DNA of 63,971 bases, counting the filler, from Platydemus manokwari (Eukaryota), in NCBI GenBank assembly GCA_037951405.1. It is 6 parts of 6 records of this genome, joined end to end, with 100 filler letters (N's around TTAATTAATTAA, not from the genome) between each part and the next. Parts side by side here need not be neighbours in the genome. Positions count along the whole stretch, not along the records: positions 55,083 to 63,971 come from JBBMOY011334095.1; 5 more parts are not named here. One strand, 5' to 3'. Shown here one piece after another: positions 58,090-63,971 of this stretch (its first letter is position 1; the number at the start of each line of letters is the position of its first letter). Under the pieces are notes generated by a model. The model saw nothing but the letters and a program-made list of their open reading frames with translations. It was not told the DNA's origin and did not search any database. The translations under genes were made by a program, and so were the position numbers.

Positions 58090-60370
58090 AGTTGCTATTT
58101 ATATTTGAGTTTTTCCAAAGTATGTTTACGTATTTGAGTGTGTTGCATATCCTCCTCGCTTTGATTTCAGCTTCATTTAAGAATTCCTCACTATTCAATG
58201 AGTCAAACATACCTCCTCAAAATGGGTATACCACTAGTAACGTCCATTGTTGGTTTTGTACGTTAATTGGAGCAAGAGCCGTTTACATATTATGAGCTTC
58301 ATGGAATTGATACCAACTTCACTGAAATTGGCACCATTTGAAATTAATTCTTCAAAATAGCTACTGATGAACATTAAATAATTTAACTTAACATGTGTTT
58401 ATACATATGTATCAATCTGGTCTCAGCAGAACCATTCGGGATATGACACTAAGATCCTTTTGTTCGCACCGAACGAGGCCCCAGTAGGATCCCATCAAAA
58501 GTCAGATTCTCTGTAGCTCGCAGTGCAAGACAGGGAGTACTCCTCACTATCTAACAACCTTGAGTTAGGAATGGTTGACAGAGATCGATTCTTATTTACG
58601 TTTTTTGGTGTCGACGCTATGGCCTGTTTATCCATCAGGCTCAGAATTTTTTCTTGACTCGGAAAGAATTTTTTAATTTTGACTCCTTTAATCGTTGGTA
58701 TTTCTTCTTGAGCATCACATATTTTTTGAGTTAATTTTTGGCATACTTTGCCATGAGCTGGTGCTTCATTTTTTCTTTTTCTAATTCAAGTCTTTTGATG
58801 AGTTAGAGAACATCAGACCTATTTTTTGGTGTGGAAGGATCGTAGAACTTATCCAATATTATAGCATTATCAATTCTCAATGACGATGGAGGAGATGTTG
58901 CCGTATTGATTTTAAGGAGTGTTTCAGTGGAATTTGAGTTCGATTCACTCTTCAGATCCATGGTAGGCACCTCTGTTTGGGCAGCAGAGCTAATCATTTC
59001 GAGGTTCGTCTCTTTAGCTTATATTCTAATCTTGCTAACATTTGTGATCAGGATGTCCAGGTTCACGTGATTTGTGGTTTCTATATCGAGATCAATTTCG
59101 TTTGATTGTTTAGGAATCGCGATGTTTTCCGTGCCATTGTCAAGATCATTTATATTTTATCTTTTTTATTATATCGTTTATCATCATTCAAAGTATTAGT
59201 TTGCCGAAATATATCTTTTAGAGTTTCCTTGATTTTATTGGTAAATTTATCTTCTACTCCATAAATACGAAGATTATTTTTGAATTGCAATAGTGCGTCG
59301 TTATTCTTTATTGCTGGGATATCATTAGGATTATAGATGGGACCCTTAGCATTTGTTTTCATGTTTGTTAGTTTCACTCTGCTGTCTTTTTTTCCTTTAT
59401 CCAAAGATTTTTCTTAATTTATCTAAAGTTGTTTTGAAATGTTGTCAATGTTAAGAGACTTGTCGGAGTTAATAGTAGTAGAAATAAGGGGTCCCCATTT
59501 TTCCTTGGAATGCATTTCATTTTTTCTTCCATTTTTCTTGTAGGGTTTGATTTTCCTATTTAAACTATGGGGTATAATCTCTTGAGCCGGATCCATTCCT
59601 GGAGTTTAGTCGTGTTTTCCTGCTTATCATTTTTAAACCTTCATCATCGAGTATAGTTTGACTTGATTCCTTGTTTGAATTCACCTTGTAGCTGTTATTG
59701 CTTGATTTCCATATGCTTGAGGATTTTTTACTGAAATCATCCTTTCAGTTCACAGATTTTACAATATTTGCATAGGACGGTCTTGCATTGAAGTGGTACT
59801 GTCTGTTCTCTAAGTGAGAGTATTCATCCCTATTTTCAATCGGGTAATTGGCTAAGAATTTCTCCAAAACTCTGACCTACCGATTAATTTGTTTGGGGCC
59901 ATTCAACGTACCATTTTGTCTAGAGGGTTGTGTTCTTCTGTTAGCATTTCTCTTTGGACTGTGGTCATTGTAAGGCTGGTCAACATTTTAAGTACTCGTC
60001 GTAATTGTCTAACCTTTCGGATTGTCTTTTTTGTCGAGTAAGTTTAAGTTTTTCTCCAGTGATTTGTTTAGTAGATTTTGAATACTTCTTGTTAGAATTA
60101 CTCCTTGGTTTGGGTTCATAATTTGGCTTGTCATTCTTGTTGGAATATTTGTCAAAAATCATCTTTAATGTTAGATGACAAAATATTTTCTATAGCATTG
60201 ACCAATTGCGAAACCATCATAGATTTAATATTTATTAGCTTCGCGGAAAATCGCAATTGAAACGGTTTCTATATCTAGATTGTTCTGATTAATAGTAATT
60301 TTCACGTTTTACTGGATTTAGATCATGTTATCTTCAGTGGCTTCCAATATTTCAAAGTAGCACGTGACGG
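58090..60370 (-). mobile_element. Decayed element with a long N/K/S-rich ORF ending in a Ulp1/C48 cysteine-protease domain (NeSL-like non-LTR retrotransposon or other Ulp1-carrying TE), 3'-truncated
   Basis: Chain of minus-strand ORF fragments (60162-59980, 59404-59150, 58997-58803) including RPSYANIVKS. Then EWFC*DQIDTY (about 58437), FISSYF, APINVQNQQWTLLVV (about 58230-58275) and MFDSL (58196-58210), in Ulp1 motif order. Confidence 0.6.
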
Positions 60371-61752
60371 ACTCGATTTTAGAAAAATTAAATAAAACAG
60401 TTGTCAAAACAATATAAAATTTCTAAAATAATATTATACTGCATAACCATTTAATCACAAAATATCTACTAAACTGATATTCTAAATTTACTTAATGGAG
60501 AAAAGAGGACTAATAATGATATTAAGAATTGATTTAATTATTATTTCAGTAAATCAAGAAAACTATAACAATAGAAATTAATAAGTTTTTCACTATTCTT
60601 TATTTATTATTTTTCTTTTGTTGAATCATAATTTAATTTTATTTAATAAAACATAATTAATTTCATGTTTACAGAAACAACCACAACATATTTCGTGAGA
60701 TTTTAAACCCTGGATAGTTTTAAATGTCATATTACAAATTTGGTGTCTATCCCGAAGTTTAATAGTTTTTTGTTTATGTATAACGTCTTATAGACGCAAA
60801 ATATCGTAAAATAAAAATTCCCAATTTTTGCAGAGAAACTATAGGAAGATTAATAAAAATTAAACAGTGCTTTTACCACTTCCCATAATCTTTGCATTAT
60901 TGGTAGTTAAAAAATAATACAACAGGGTGCATTGCCGAACTTACCAAGGATTATAATAAGACATAAGAGACTGGTAAAAAATTATAATATAAAACAATTA
61001 ATCAGCCAAACACAGAAACTCATTAAATTTGAAAAGGTTGAAAAAATTGTGATAGATAATCTCAACGATATTTTTTGCTTCCAAATATTTATTTATCTAA
61101 AGTTTTTGAAAAAATTGCTTTTGGTGTTTTTGTAGTGGTGTTCATTAAATTAGATTTTTAAAAAATTTCGTATAATTAAAATTTTGTTTTTAATCTTTTT
61201 ATTATTTTAATTATAAGCCTGAATTCTTCAATATTCTGATGTAGTTTTAACTGATGCATCTTATTTAATTATACTTGACATGGATAGACTCCACATTATT
61301 CACTTATTGTTTTTGATTGGTAAGCAAAAATGCTTTTTTGTTAGAACAAATAATTTTATCGACTGAAGTTTGAAAATGGTGATTACATGATTTACAGGGT
61401 ACATTGAGTAAGAAAAGATGAAAATCTGTTTTTAACGAAATTCTTCAAGAATATGCTTTATAAAGGAATTAAGACTTTAGAAGTAAACAAATTACCATAA
61501 ATGAATCAAAAGTTAATTATTAAAAAATTTTAACTGATAAATTAGTCAAGGAATAATTAGAAATGAATAAAAAATTTTAAAGAAATATGTATTTAATATT
61601 TTCTTTATTAAATTTGAAATTAATTAAGAAAATAATCATGCTAAGTTATTGGTAAAATATGAACAATTAATTTTTTGGTGTTTTAATTTCAAAATAAAAT
61701 ACAATAATTTAATTTAATAAACTATATCAGTAATATAATTTATTAATATTTT

Positions 61753-62822
<1,070 letters not shown>

Positions 62823-63971
62823 GTAAGAAATACGTTTGCAAATGATTTTCTCTTCATAAATTGTCCTTAATTTTCTAAAAATAATAATTTTATTTCCTTT
62901 AATATGGCAAAAATAAATTTTAAATGAATTTCTGAAATATTTTTTGATAAAAAAAAATTAAAAAAAAAACAAAAAAAAAGGTTTGAAATGATTTTTTTTG
63001 AATTTTGGATTTTTTATAAATAATTTGTATTGAGAAAACTAAAAAAAATAAAAGAATATAATAAAATATGTTTGGTTTAAAATTTTAATTAATAATTAAT
63101 TAATAATTGATTGAAATGGCAATGATAGAATAAAAATGACAACAATAATAATCAGTGAAATGTGTTGCAAATTTATACATATTTGCACAGTATGGTTTGA
63201 TGAAATATTAATAAAAATCAATTTTCTGTCACAAATATTATTAATATAGGCCTAAATATCAATGAAACAAATAAACAAATGATATATGTATTTATATATT
63301 GCGGCATATATATCAAACCATTGAAACAATTAATAATTGGAAATGATTACAATTAGATAGACAACAATCCGAAACAATCAATGATCAAATAATAACACGT
63401 TCAATTCGGTAGCTTGTAGTACTGATTGGCGTATGTCGTAAATCTTTGGACTCTGTTTCGATGAACTTGATAATATGTTGTTGTTGTTTTTTATCAGCAT
63501 ATTTGTTAATATTTCAATTGCAATTGATAATGAATTTGTATTTTAATAATCATAATTGAACTATATATATATATATGCTGCATTATATAAATGAGTTTTA
63601 AAATATTTATAATATGATGATGATGATTCTGAATTTATTGGCTTTATCAAACCTGTATGGAAATAGCTGGATATTTCATTAAATATGATATTTATTTGAG
63701 CAATATTAATGTTTCCCATCTTATATATATTCAATAGAATGATGCTGTATGATTTGTATTATCTATGATTATATCATTGATGAGATTAATAATAAATATT
63801 GTAAACCCATTGAGATAGCCATCCCATAAATATTGATGTTTAATAAAGGGTTTTTTATATTTTAAAACTAAAACTAAATTATTAAAATTAATTTTTTTAA
63901 TACTTTTTTCTTCAATAAATGCTTTTATTTTATTTATTACAAACATCTATGTTTATATGAATCTATTTATA

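Noticed and set aside
60290-60345. Hammerhead core CTGAAGA...GAAA at the 5' end of the Ulp1 element (minus strand)
   Set aside because: No stem II or flanking helices.

Overview
AT-rich eukaryotic (animal-like) genomic DNA in the standard genetic code, with many short GT-AG introns (about 40-60 bp) and (ATT)n microsatellites. The window is not one locus. Five identical 100-bp spacers (44 N + TTAATTAATTAA + 44 N) join six pieces of about 9-15 kb that are probably unlinked. Host genes that can be supported: a divergent DOCK-A/B (DOCK1-5-type) Rac GEF on the minus strand (17 exons reconstructed, both ends missing), DZANK1 (11 exons, ankyrin end missing, X-box upstream), Rab8 (5 exons, C-terminal exon not found), and the last two exons of an unidentified gene. 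Most of the rest is decayed transposon sequence. This includes a GC-richer Ty3/Gypsy element whose pol is followed by an env-like remnant and a further ~1.5-kb extra ORF, a 572-bp TRIM-like mini LTR element with a related solo LTR, and a second LTR using the same primer site. There is also an RT-less Gypsy relic, a relic element carrying a Ulp1/C48 protease domain, and a dispersed non-coding repeat. The best novelty candidates are the Gypsy 3' cargo (env-like plus extra ORF), the TRIM/minisatellite-LTR family, the Ulp1-bearing element and a few candidate small-protein genes. No tRNA, rRNA or CRISPR array was found.
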